DNA of 64,000 nucleotides from Candidatus Woesebacteria bacterium. GTDB taxonomy: Bacteria > Patescibacteriota > Microgenomatia > UBA1400 > UBA1396. A program made the translations under genes and the position numbers. Under the pieces are notes generated by a model. The model had not been told where the DNA came from. It saw only the letters and a list, made by a program, of their open reading frames with translations, and did not search any database. Below, one piece after another: positions 1 through 7,644 of this stretch (within the stretch, counting starts at the first letter, position 1; each line of letters starts with the position of its first letter). The stretch lies in the NCBI GenBank assembly GCA_963749595.1, contig CAVVNJ010000002.1, forward strand, positions 32,606 to 96,605, in the 5' to 3' direction.

Positions 1-271
1 CTCGCTCAACCTCGCCGGAAAAATCGGCGTGGCCCGGAGTATCAAGAATATTCAGTTTATAGCCATTCCAGTTGACCGCCGTATTTTTGGCCAAAATGGT
101 CACCCCACGTTCACGCTCCAGAGCGTTGGAATCCAGGATCGTGGTCTGTTGCATTTCTGCCTGGTACGACGCGAAAACCTTGGCCTGTTTAAGCAGCCCA
201 TCAACGAGAGTCGTTTTACCGTGGTCGACGTGAGCGATGATGGCGATATTGCGGATGTTTTCTGTTTTCAT
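1..271 (-). CDS. typA: Translational GTPase TypA/BipA, N-terminal fragment (gene runs off the window start)
   Basis: Not in the ORF track. Reverse translation from ATG at 271 gives [30 protein letters not shown]...[21 protein letters not shown]...[15 protein letters not shown]. The G1 (AHVDHGKT) and G3 (DTPGH) motifs and flanking pattern fit BipA better than LepA or EF-G. Confidence 0.85.
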   Translation of the reverse strand, partial: MKTENIRNIAIIAHVDHGKTTLVDGLLKQAKVFASYQAEMQQTTILDSNALERERGVTILAKNTAVNWNGYKLNILDTPGHADFSGEVER

Positions 272-280
272 ACCAAACCG

Positions 281-2980
281 TTATTGTACCTTATTTTTAT
301 AGGGTTTGCCAGCCAAGTATTTATACAACTCAAGGGCCCAAATCACGGTGGAGGAAGCAATAACTATGACCAACATTTCCAAAAAGGAAAGGGAAACAAA
401 CTGAAAAATGTTTTTTAGCCAAGGGGTATAGAGAACGGCAAGCAGCAAGGCGACTGAGGCCACCAGGGCAGCAGTGATGGCCGGATTGGGAGCCAAATGG
501 AAGACCGAGCCTTTGAGAGAACGGAGGCTGATCATATTCATCAACTGCGTCCAGGCCATAACCGCGAAAGCTCCGGTCCTCGCCTTAGCTAAACCAGTGG
601 GCCAGAATAGCCAAAAAAACAAGGTCGTTAAAATGGCCATAACCACTGTGCTAATCAGCAAAAATGGCAACATTTCCAGATTCAAGATTTGTTCCTTGAC
701 CGGACGCGGTGGTGTTTTCAATACATCCTCGTGCGACGGTTCAACCGCTAAAGCCACATCGGTTACACCATCGGTTACCAGATTAAGCCAGAGGATTTGG
801 GTTGGTAACAGTGGTAGCGGCCAACCTAACATCATGGTTATTAGAATGGTCGCGCTTTCCGCCAAATTAGTCGTCACTAAGAATAGAACCGCTCGCCTGG
901 CATTACGAAACTGCGTCCGTCCTTCCTCAATAGCGTTGATGATCGAAGCAAAATTATCATCGGCTAAAACAATTTCGCTGGCTTCCCGGGCCACCTCGGT
1001 ACCGGTAATGGCCATAGAAATACCCACGTCGGCCTGCTTCAACGCTGGAGCGTCATTAACACCATCGCCGGTCATGGCCACGATTTCGCCGCGGCGTTGC
1101 AGGGCGGCGGCCAGTTTTAGTTTGATCGTGGGTGTAAAACGAGCGCAAATAATCGCCTGACCCGCCAGTTGATCAAAGACCGCGTCGTCGGCCGTTTCCA
1201 ATTCAGAACCATTAATTACCTCTCCGAGCTTGGGCACACCGATTAAGCCGATCTGCCGTCCAATGGCTACGGCTGTCAGTGGATGATCGCCAGTGGCCAT
1301 GATGACCTTAATACCAGCCGTACGGGCCGATTCAATCGCCTTAGCCACCTCGAGGCGCGGCGGGTCTAGTAATCCAACCGCCCCTAAATATACTAAGTCC
1401 GAGACCATTTCCTCAGTCAATTTCGTCTGATCTCTGGGAACCGGACGATAGGCTAAAACCACCACCCGCATGGCCAGATCGGTTAACTGACTGATGTGGG
1501 ATTGAATCCTTTCCCGATCCGCAACCGTCAGCGGCCGCGCCTGGCCGTCAGATTGCCAAGCCTGGCAAATTGATAAAACTGCCTCTGGAGCTCCGACCAC
1601 GAAGATTTCATGTCCCGGCGCGGCCGCCTTGTCCTGAACTAGACTTGCCCGCCAGCGCTTTTCTTGGACGAATCCCAAATCCTGAACTAACCGGTAAGGA
1701 TTGCTTTTCCTATCCTGATCCTGACCAAGCGAACTTGCCAGCTCAGATAGGGCGATCTCGGTCGGATCACCAACTAATTTCACCTCGCCGTTTTGCGTCA
1801 CCTGACGCAAGGAATGACAGGTGGCCGCCACCCGCAACAATTTCTGACCATCCAAGGAATCGAAGGCTTTAATGTTGCGGGAAAACTTGCCTGAAAGATC
1901 GCGATCAATAAACTCGGATTTTCCGATCATTACGGCCTGGGCCTGCATCCGATTTTGCGTCAGGGTGCCGGTTTTGTCGGTCACAATGACCGTCACCGCT
2001 CCTAAAGTTTCAATTGAGGAAAGTTGACGCACGATCGCATTGCGTTTGGCCATCCTCCGAGCGCCAACGGCTAAAACAATGACCAAAATCACCGGTAAGC
2101 TTTCGGGTATGCCAGAAACCAGCGCCGCTACCGTAAACGAGAGCATTTCCGTCAGCGGAAATCCCCGCAAGCCATACCCAATAACAAAGGTTAGACCAGC
2201 TACAGCCAGCGCCAACAGCGCCATCTGCTTGGTTAGTCGCCGCATGCGTCGTTCAAAATGTCCGGGAGAAACCGGAATTTTGGCTAATTGACTGGCGATT
2301 TCACCAACGGCAGTTTGCAATCCCGTTCCGACCACAATTGCTTCGGCCGTTCCTCGAACCACCAGCGTCCCCATCCAAACCATGTTTGAACGCTCGGCTA
2401 AGGCCACTTTTTCTGGAACCGGCTCAGTTTTCTTTTCCACCGGGAACGATTCGCCGGTTAAAGAGGCTTCCGAGGTTTGCAGATTGCTTGCCACGGTCAA
2501 ACGTGCATCAGCCGGAACCTTGTCACCATCAGCAAGCACTAAAAGATCCCCGGGAACCAAATCTTTGGCGGGGACAATGGTGAGCCGACCGTCACGATAT
2601 ACTTTAGCCTGTAGAACCAACAAGCCTTGCAACGCTTCCAGCGATCGCTCGGCCCGGTATTCTTGAATAAAACCAATGACCGCGTCAGCCAGTAGCACGA
2701 CAATAATCACGCCGGCATCTAACCAGTAACTAAAGAAAGCGGACAGGATTGCCGCGGCCAGAAGCACCACCGTCATCAAGCCAGTAAACTGCCGCCAAAG
2801 AATCTGCCAAGGCGCATTTCTACCAGTCTGGGGAAGTTCATTTAATCCAAAATGCTGCTTTCGGCTCTCCGCCTCGCTACTGCTTAGTCCCTCCGTTGGC
2901 GAGCGGAGTACTGATCGAACCGTTTCCACGGGTGCGGCATGAAAATTAGCACGATTTTGCGGTGCAGAAAAGGACATCAT
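281..2980 (-). CDS. Cation-transporting P-type ATPase (type IIA, Ca2+/SERCA-like)
   Basis: 899-aa ORF with TGES (SLTGESFPVEK), phosphorylation site DKTGTLT, MATGDHPLTA and TGDGVNDAPALKQADVGISM, plus many hydrophobic segments. Ion specificity cannot be read from sequence. Confidence 0.9.
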   Translation of the reverse strand: MMSFSAPQNRANFHAAPVETVRSVLRSPTEGLSSSEAESRKQHFGLNELPQTGRNAPWQILWRQFTGLMTVVLLAAAILSAFFSYWLDAGVIIVVLLADAVIGFIQEYRAERSLEALQGLLVLQAKVYRDGRLTIVPAKDLVPGDLLVLADGDKVPADARLTVASNLQTSEASLTGESFPVEKKTEPVPEKVALAERSNMVWMGTLVVRGTAEAIVVGTGLQTAVGEIASQLAKIPVSPGHFERRMRRLTKQMALLALAVAGLTFVIGYGLRGFPLTEMLSFTVAALVSGIPESLPVILVIVLAVGARRMAKRNAIVRQLSSIETLGAVTVIVTDKTGTLTQNRMQAQAVMIGKSEFIDRDLSGKFSRNIKAFDSLDGQKLLRVAATCHSLRQVTQNGEVKLVGDPTEIALSELASSLGQDQDRKSNPYRLVQDLGFVQEKRWRASLVQDKAAAPGHEIFVVGAPEAVLSICQAWQSDGQARPLTVADRERIQSHISQLTDLAMRVVVLAYRPVPRDQTKLTEEMVSDLVYLGAVGLLDPPRLEVAKAIESARTAGIKVIMATGDHPLTAVAIGRQIGLIGVPKLGEVINGSELETADDAVFDQLAGQAIICARFTPTIKLKLAAALQRRGEIVAMTGDGVNDAPALKQADVGISMAITGTEVAREASEIVLADDNFASIINAIEEGRTQFRNARRAVLFLVTTNLAESATILITMMLGWPLPLLPTQILWLNLVTDGVTDVALAVEPSHEDVLKTPPRPVKEQILNLEMLPFLLISTVVMAILTTLFFWLFWPTGLAKARTGAFAVMAWTQLMNMISLRSLKGSVFHLAPNPAITAALVASVALLLAVLYTPWLKNIFQFVSLSFLEMLVIVIASSTVIWALELYKYLAGKPYKNKVQ

Positions 2981-2999
2981 CTTTCATTGTACACACCGG

Positions 3000-3701
3000 C
3001 TACGCGACTGGCGCGACTGGGGGATTACCGCCCTCAAGCGGAGAATCTACCTTGTGGAGCCAACCAATCAACCAGGACAGCATCTCGATTATCCCGACTA
3101 TCCCCACAACCCAAAACAAACGATGGTTGGCGGTCAGGGCAATGTGGGCAAAAATGAAAAACAACGCCAAATAAGTCAATTTATGAATCCAATGCCATCC
3201 GGAACCCAGGCGGCGAACGGAGTATTCGTTAGAAGTGAGCCAAAGAGGAAAGAGCAAAATAAAGGCGAGCGTTCCCACTTGGACTTGCAAGTCAAGCATG
3301 GTAAGCAGTTTGGGATTGGTGAAAAAAATCGGCAACGTTCGGATCAGCATCTGATGGGTAATCGCGGTATTAAACATGGCAATCCCGAGGTAGCGGCGCC
3401 AAAGCATGAGAATCGCTTTGGTCAAAGGAAGTGTTTGAAAACGCCGCATCATACCTGGTATGAGGGTGATGAGATAAATTACCGCTGCGATTTGTCCCAT
3501 TTGACGCGCTAAACCGTCAAAAAAAGGAAAATAACTGGTCGGATTTTTCCAAAGAACATAGGTCCCCCAAAATACCGGCAAAACCACGAGCACCGAATAG
3601 AGCTGAATTAGTCGGACTACGATTTTGGAACGGAGAATAATCCAACCGTAAAACCGCCGGAACCAGGCAGTTTGCTCAATTCGGTTTAGTCGCTGCAACA
3701 T
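3000..3701 (-). CDS. Ferric-reductase-like transmembrane protein (MsrQ/YedZ-like heme-binding membrane subunit)
   Basis: 233-aa polytopic ORF. RRYLGIAMFNTAITH and LTSNEYSVRRLGSGWHWIHKLTYLALFFIFAHI match the His-bearing helix pattern of E. coli MsrQ. No MsrP partner is adjacent. Confidence 0.55.
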   Translation of the reverse strand: MLQRLNRIEQTAWFRRFYGWIILRSKIVVRLIQLYSVLVVLPVFWGTYVLWKNPTSYFPFFDGLARQMGQIAAVIYLITLIPGMMRRFQTLPLTKAILMLWRRYLGIAMFNTAITHQMLIRTLPIFFTNPKLLTMLDLQVQVGTLAFILLFPLWLTSNEYSVRRLGSGWHWIHKLTYLALFFIFAHIALTANHRLFWVVGIVGIIEMLSWLIGWLHKVDSPLEGGNPPVAPVA

Positions 3702-3746
3702 CAGTCTATTGTAACCTAGCGACTATGCAATCGCCAGCGAAACAAA

Positions 3747-4130
3747 TTAACGTTTATTACCATTTTTTGTGATACTTGGAAAGCCAAACTGATCCTTGAT
3801 ATATACGCTGAGTACCAACATTCCGGTCTTCGGCTCGTAGAGAATCCGCGCTCCATGGGTGGAACTATTTTGCTTGACCCAGACAAACTGGTCTTCCAGA
3901 TCTTGAATGGCGGCCAATCTAGCCTCTTGATCTCTCATCACCGCATCAACTTGGGACAGAACTGATGAGGCATCTTGTCTGGCCGCGCGAATCTTCTCCA
4001 AAAAGATAGCCTCGCTGATCTCCACCGGCTTTCCCGGCATTTCCGAAAACTGGTCGGGCAAATCAGATCTAGAGGGTTCTTGACGTTGTAGGGCCATTCG
4101 TCTTTCAGCAAGGGAAACGCGCTTGGTCAT
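3747..4130 (-). CDS. Hypothetical protein
   Basis: ORF track lists 3747..4187. I trimmed it to the ATG at 4130, which follows a strong RBS (cgGGAGGAtcATG). No recognisable domain. Confidence 0.5.
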   Translation of the reverse strand: MTKRVSLAERRMALQRQEPSRSDLPDQFSEMPGKPVEISEAIFLEKIRAARQDASSVLSQVDAVMRDQEARLAAIQDLEDQFVWVKQNSSTHGARILYEPKTGMLVLSVYIKDQFGFPSITKNGNKR

Positions 4131-4212
4131 GATCCTCCCGATCGTTAAAGAATGAAAATATTCTTTTCTGCATACTAAGCTTGCCAATTCGCAAATGCAA
4201 GCACCAGCCCAA

Positions 4213-4938
4213 CTACTGCGCCAAATGGTAGAGTTCTCTGGCCAAAGTACTCATGAATAACTCCCGCTCCTGGCGAGATTGTCCAGGGGGCTCCAGCGGC
4301 TCGCCAATCCGAACGACGACCGATATCTTGGGCAAGGAATGACCCCGAAAATGGCGAACTAACCTCTGGCCCGCACTGTCGCTACCTTTGCGCGGTCGAT
4401 AGTTGTCAGGATAGAAATAGCCGATCGGAATAACCAATTTGTTCAGCCTCTTGGCCATTACCACCACCCCCGGCTTGAGTTGCTGAAGCAGCGCTACCTC
4501 AGAATCAACTTCTCCTAATCGGGAACCTTGCGGGTAAATTAGCAAGTGCTTGCGTCGTTGGTCTAAGACCCAACCTTGCCGCTCCAATTCCCGGCGGTGA
4601 CTGCCGATAGCCTCTTCCTCCCGCACAACCGGTAAGGTGTCCAGCAAAAAGGAACTGCCCACCTGGACCAAGCGATTGGTATAAAGCAAATCCGCCGCCG
4701 CCAAAAAAACGATATTATTGGGCGGAAGAAAAAGAGCGTCAATATGCTCGGCGTGGGGATAGGCCGCTAAAATTGCCGGCTCGGCCGGAAGCTGCCCCTC
4801 AATTCTTATCTGGTAATTGGCAAGAGAGAGCAATAGATAACGCAGGAACGGTTGGCTAACCTTACGGATTGGTTCCGGTAAATGAAACTCCGACTCGATC
4901 GTTTTTCTTTCATTAGGCACGTTGATCCCGCAAAACAA
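4213..4938 (-). CDS. Lysophospholipid/1-acylglycerol-3-phosphate acyltransferase family protein (PlsC-like)
   Basis: 241-aa ORF with the HX4D acyltransferase motif (HAEHID) and IYPQGSR (compare FPEGTR). The listed start is TTG, so the start is uncertain. Confidence 0.7.
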   Translation of the reverse strand: MFCGINVPNERKTIESEFHLPEPIRKVSQPFLRYLLLSLANYQIRIEGQLPAEPAILAAYPHAEHIDALFLPPNNIVFLAAADLLYTNRLVQVGSSFLLDTLPVVREEEAIGSHRRELERQGWVLDQRRKHLLIYPQGSRLGEVDSEVALLQQLKPGVVVMAKRLNKLVIPIGYFYPDNYRPRKGSDSAGQRLVRHFRGHSLPKISVVVRIGEPLEPPGQSRQERELFMSTLARELYHLAQ

Positions 4939-4942
4939 CTCG

Positions 4943-4984
4943 ATAGTTTTCTATGTACTAGTGTACTAGTACATAGAAAACTAT
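4943..4984. repeat. 42-nt hairpin/palindrome with a tandem (GTACTAGT)x2 core
   Basis: Arms atagttttctatgtactag (4943-4961) and ctagtacatagaaaactat (4966-4984) are perfect reverse complements around the spacer tgta. The core ATGTACTAGTGTACTAGTACAT recurs at 28692-28713 with one mismatch. Confidence 0.8.
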
Positions 4985-5021
4985 TCCTGAGAACGATCTA
5001 TCTCGCTCAGTTTAGAAAAGA

Positions 5022-5282
5022 TTATCTACTCGGGGGAAAATCTTTGGTAATTTCCGTCACTGGATTCAATAAAAAGTTTAATAGGGTTGAATTCCAAAAT
5101 TTCCACGAAAACTGCCGACCCTCGGTGAGTCGATGTTCTCCACGAAATCGCTGCGTAACCAATAGACGATGTTTATGACCATCGACGGACACGTCTACCC
5201 AAGCAAAACTATCCGGCTCGAAAGGATCATCTTTAACCCCAATTACTTGGCCAGACATTTCGTGACGGAGACTTAGCTTCAT
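5022..5282 (-). CDS. Hypothetical small protein (86 aa)
   Basis: ORF track lists 5022..5384, whose N-terminus overlaps tRNA-Gly. I trimmed it to the ATG at 5282 (MKLSLRHEMSGQ...). The RBS is weak and there is no domain. Confidence 0.3.
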   Translation of the reverse strand: MKLSLRHEMSGQVIGVKDDPFEPDSFAWVDVSVDGHKHRLLVTQRFRGEHRLTEGRQFSWKFWNSTLLNFLLNPVTEITKDFPPSR

Positions 5283-5326
5283 GGCGTTTACCCTTTCGCT
5301 ATTACTAAAAAGATTAACCTCTACTG

Positions 5327-5399
5327 AGCGGAAAACGGGACTCGGACCCGCGACCTTCTCCTTGGCAAGGAGACGCTCTACCAACTGAGCTATTTCCGC
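5327..5399 (-). tRNA. tRNA-Gly(GCC)
   Basis: Reverse complement is GCGGAAATAGCTCAGTTGGTAGAGCGTCTCCTTGCCAAGGAGAAGGTCGCGGGTCCGAGTCCCGTTTTCCGCT. It folds as a cloverleaf with anticodon loop TTGCCAA. The T-loop reads TCCGAGT, which is slightly atypical. Confidence 0.85.
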
Positions 5400-5436
5400 A
5401 ATCTTAGCCGATATTGTAGCATTTACCGGCTAACTT

Positions 5437-5940
5437 GTGGCAAGCCGAGGAGTCGAACCTCGATTTCATGTTCTTCAAAACTCCATCCTCGGCCTGCCTA
5501 TTACGCCACGAGTCTCCGAGGCCATCACTCTGGTTGAAGCCATTCTGGCCGCGGTTTCTGCTTCCCAAATCTCTTTGACTGTCGCGGTCGCACTGACTGA
5601 ATATATTCTCATTCAAGTCGTTACTCAACTTTCAGTTAGTGAGCAACTTGCCCTTTCAGAGTCTCTTGGATTAGATATTCAAATTTACCCCACCGGTCAA
5701 GACTCCATTTCTCTTACAGACCAAGTTGCTATTTCCATGCCCGGGTCCCTGTCACCCGCAAACTCTGATTTGGTCGCGCTGACTGAAAGTACTTCTGTTC
5801 TGGCGTACGCTACGAACTTAGACGTCTCAACAAGTGACAATATTTCGCTCTCTGATAACGTCGCTCTCTCGGTTCGAGGTGTTGTTGATTCAGCTTCAAC
5901 TATTATCCAAATCATTATGCTCGATATAGACCCAAGTTGA
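5437..5940 (+). CDS. Repeat-containing hypothetical protein (S/T/L/D-rich, phage structural-like)
   Basis: 167-aa ORF with recurring short motifs (ISLTDQVAIS, ISLSDNVALS, LALSESLGL, VALTESTSV). The listed start overlaps the tRNA-like element, so the true start is probably downstream. Confidence 0.3.
   Translation: MASRGVEPRFHVLQNSILGLPITPRVSEAITLVEAILAAVSASQISLTVAVALTEYILIQVVTQLSVSEQLALSESLGLDIQIYPTGQDSISLTDQVAISMPGSLSPANSDLVALTESTSVLAYATNLDVSTSDNISLSDNVALSVRGVVDSASTIIQIIMLDIDPS
5438..5498 (-). other. tRNA-like acceptor/T-arm minihelix (pseudo-tRNA or tRNA 3' remnant), not a canonical tRNA
   Basis: Minus-strand RNA is GGCAGGC-(29 nt)-CGAGG TTCGACT CCTCG-GCTTGCC-A. It has a 7-bp acceptor-like stem (one G-T pair) and a canonical T-arm. 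No D-arm or convincing anticodon arm is present. It lies 38 nt upstream of tRNA-Gly on the same strand. Confidence 0.35.
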
Positions 5941-5974
5941 CATTTTAAGTGTTAGTGAGATAGACATAATAATT

Positions 5975-6142
5975 ATGACAAACTCAAAACGCTATTGTTT
6001 TTATTTAACCGCAAAAGATATTCACATTCTAAAAACAGTTGCTGACCAAAAAACCACCAGTAAATCGCAATTAGTAAGAGAAGCCATTTCATTCACATTG
6101 CTGAATTTGTGGTTACCTACCAAGAAAGGGGAAGATTATGAC
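5975..6142 (+). CDS. Ribbon-helix-helix (CopG/Arc-like) DNA-binding protein, 55 aa
   Basis: Below the ORF-track size cutoff; found by reading. Translation is MTNSKRYCFYLTAKDIHILKTVADQKTTSKSQLVREAISFTLLNLWLPTKKGEDYD. The layout (beta strand RYCFYL, helix, helix SKSQLVREAI) is typical of RHH proteins. Its stop overlaps the next ATG. Confidence 0.5.
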
Positions 6143-6359
6143 TAAAAAAGAACACGAGCGACTACTTAACTTGCTCGAGATTACTCTCGGAGCAACCAAA
6201 TCCCTCCACAATAACTATTTGCGAACACTTATGGGAATAAGTTCTTCTTCGTCTTTAGCAGAGGAAGCCCGCCAACAAATGAGTCAGCAGAGCTTTACCC
6301 TGGTGAAGTCGCTATATGAAACAACGAAAGTTTTAACCGGAAATGTCAAGCATAGCTAA
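6138..6359 (+). CDS. Hypothetical protein (73 aa)
   Basis: Start overlaps the RHH gene stop (ATGACTAA). No domain recognised. Confidence 0.4.
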   Translation: MTKKEHERLLNLLEITLGATKSLHNNYLRTLMGISSSSSLAEEARQQMSQQSFTLVKSLYETTKVLTGNVKHS

Positions 6360-6621
6360 TCTGGAACTGGTTTTCGCGGTTGGCCTGCAAAAGTATGGCC
6401 AAGACGAATTGATTAGAATGATTCACTCAACTCTTAGTGGCATTCTTTACGATGGCCTGGCTTGGGATGATGGTTTTTTAGACTTAGTAACAGAAACCAT
6501 AAATAAGCGCAGATTCCAACCGAAAAAGGGCCTTATCACCCTCAAATCCCGGGCGGTTGTTGTGAAACTGCAATCGCCGCCCGGGAAACAACACACCAAG
6601 AAAGGAACGGTCGTTGTATGA
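6343..6621 (+). CDS. Hypothetical protein (92 aa)
   Basis: Overlaps the previous ORF by 17 nt on the same strand. No domain recognised. Confidence 0.4.
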   Translation: MSSIANLELVFAVGLQKYGQDELIRMIHSTLSGILYDGLAWDDGFLDLVTETINKRRFQPKKGLITLKSRAVVVKLQSPPGKQHTKKGTVVV

Positions 6622-6772
6622 CTAACATTTATATCAGGCTAATCAGCCTTCTGCCAAGAATAAATAAAGAGGCAGTAGAAGACATTGAGGAGACTGCCGC
6701 CTGGCTGGCCGTTCATGTCTCGGAAAACATAAAAAAGAATAGCCAGACCATTGCCGGAAGCAATAGAAAGTA
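6617..6772 (+). CDS. Hypothetical protein (51 aa)
   Basis: Not in the ORF track. The ATG at 6617 overlaps the previous stop (ATGA). Translation is MTNIYIRLISLLPRINKEAVEDIEETAAWLAVHVSENIKKNSQTIAGSNRK. Confidence 0.3.
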
Positions 6773-6858
6773 AAAAAATTACCGCCGTGGCTAATGTCTG
6801 CTAGGACACCACGGCGGGAAATAAAACAGCTTTATCACTCACGAAAGGAGTAATAGTT

Positions 6859-7644
6859 ATGAAAAAGTATAAGCGACAACCGTTAAAAAAGCAAAGTATC
6901 CGTTTTGCCGACGAGTCGAAGCGCTCGGGGTTTGTGAATGCCCCAAATTCACTTATTAAAAGTCCATACCTAAGCATTGGGGCCAAGATGGTCTACCTGT
7001 TGCTGCATAGTTATGCGTGGGACGGTGATAAATGTTATCCCGGTCACAATAAAATCGCCGCGGAACTGGGTTTTAAGTCTCCAAAAACGGTTAGAAAATA
7101 CCTAAACGAATTAAGAAACTACATGCTCATTGATTGGCAAGGAAAGAGCGAGCTCAATACTAACCTTTATGAGATTAAAGAAATCCCGGCTATTTTATTA
7201 TCTGACAGCAAACAATCACAAAAACTCATTGCTGAACGCATCGTAAGACTTAACGAAAAACATGAAAAACCACTCGGTTTATGGTCAAAAGGTGGGGTAA
7301 AAAAGGTACCCGAGGGTGGGGTAAAAAAGGTACCCGAAAGCAACACTCAGGAAAATAACACACAGGGGGTGTTTTTGGATTCTTCTTTGGACCACGAAGC
7401 CTCAAAGTCTACTGAAGCCCCCCCATTCGTTCGTGTTGGCCCTAAGCGCAGCGCCTCCGGCAAAGCCGGGACACAAAAGGCGCGAAAACAAACCGCGTAT
7501 ATTCCGTTGACTGAGCTGGAGGTTTACGAGTTGGCCAAGAAGTACACCATTCACCCGGAAGACGTGAAAGAGACATGCGCCGTGACCACCTTGGCTAGCT
7601 TGCCGCTGAGAGTATTTTATCACAAGACGCTCGGCTGGAGATGA
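6859..7644 (+). CDS. Winged-helix/HTH protein, replication-initiator-like (phage/plasmid type)
   Basis: 261-aa ORF preceded by the RBS AAAGGAG. YPGHNKIAAELGFKSPKTVRKYLNELRNYMLIDW resembles HTH replication or DnaD-like N-domains. It contains a GGVKKVPE duplication, and its 3' end overlaps the convergent gene by 25 nt. Confidence 0.5.
   Translation: MKKYKRQPLKKQSIRFADESKRSGFVNAPNSLIKSPYLSIGAKMVYLLLHSYAWDGDKCYPGHNKIAAELGFKSPKTVRKYLNELRNYMLIDWQGKSELNTNLYEIKEIPAILLSDSKQSQKLIAERIVRLNEKHEKPLGLWSKGGVKKVPEGGVKKVPESNTQENNTQGVFLDSSLDHEASKSTEAPPFVRVGPKRSASGKAGTQKARKQTAYIPLTELEVYELAKKYTIHPEDVKETCAVTTLASLPLRVFYHKTLGWR
7291..7338 (+). repeat. 24-nt tandem duplication inside the HTH gene
   Basis: ggtggggtaaaaaaggtacccgag followed by ggtggggtaaaaaaggtacccgaa (23/24 identical). 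It encodes GGVKKVPE twice. Confidence 0.9.

Larger units (their letters stand above)
5404..7644. mobile_element. Putative remnant of a small integrated element (phage/plasmid-like module) beside tRNA-Gly; no integrase seen
   Basis: Plus-strand island between minus-strand host genes. It holds a repeat protein, an RHH protein, three overlapping small ORFs and an HTH replication-like protein. A tRNA-like fragment marks the left edge, and the right edge overlaps the 3' end of the converging ATP-grasp gene. Confidence 0.4.

Noticed and set aside
29-418. 129-aa plus-strand ORF at the window start
   Set aside because: It is antisense to the clearly recognisable typA N-terminus (1-271) and to the 3' end of the P-type ATPase. 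It has no motif of its own.
474-2666. Several 80-230-aa plus-strand ORFs (474..1160, 1570..1872, 2040..2291, 2338..2583, 2382..2666)
   Set aside because: All lie antisense inside the 899-aa P-type ATPase gene, whose motifs are unambiguous. Their S/R/P-rich composition is typical of antisense frames. The same reasoning was applied to the many antisense ORFs inside other confident genes.
4953-4974. LexA/SOS box (the motif resembles the cyanobacterial-type RGTAC-N3-DGTWCB)
   Set aside because: The resemblance is partial. No copy lies upstream of the dinB operon (45850-45935), which is the one obvious SOS gene in the window.
5438-5525. Full-length class II tRNA, or an intron-containing tRNA
   Set aside because: No 5' acceptor strand complementary to GCTTGCC exists other than GGCAGGC, which lies only 29 nt before the T-arm. 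No 5-7-5 anticodon arm with U33 could be found.
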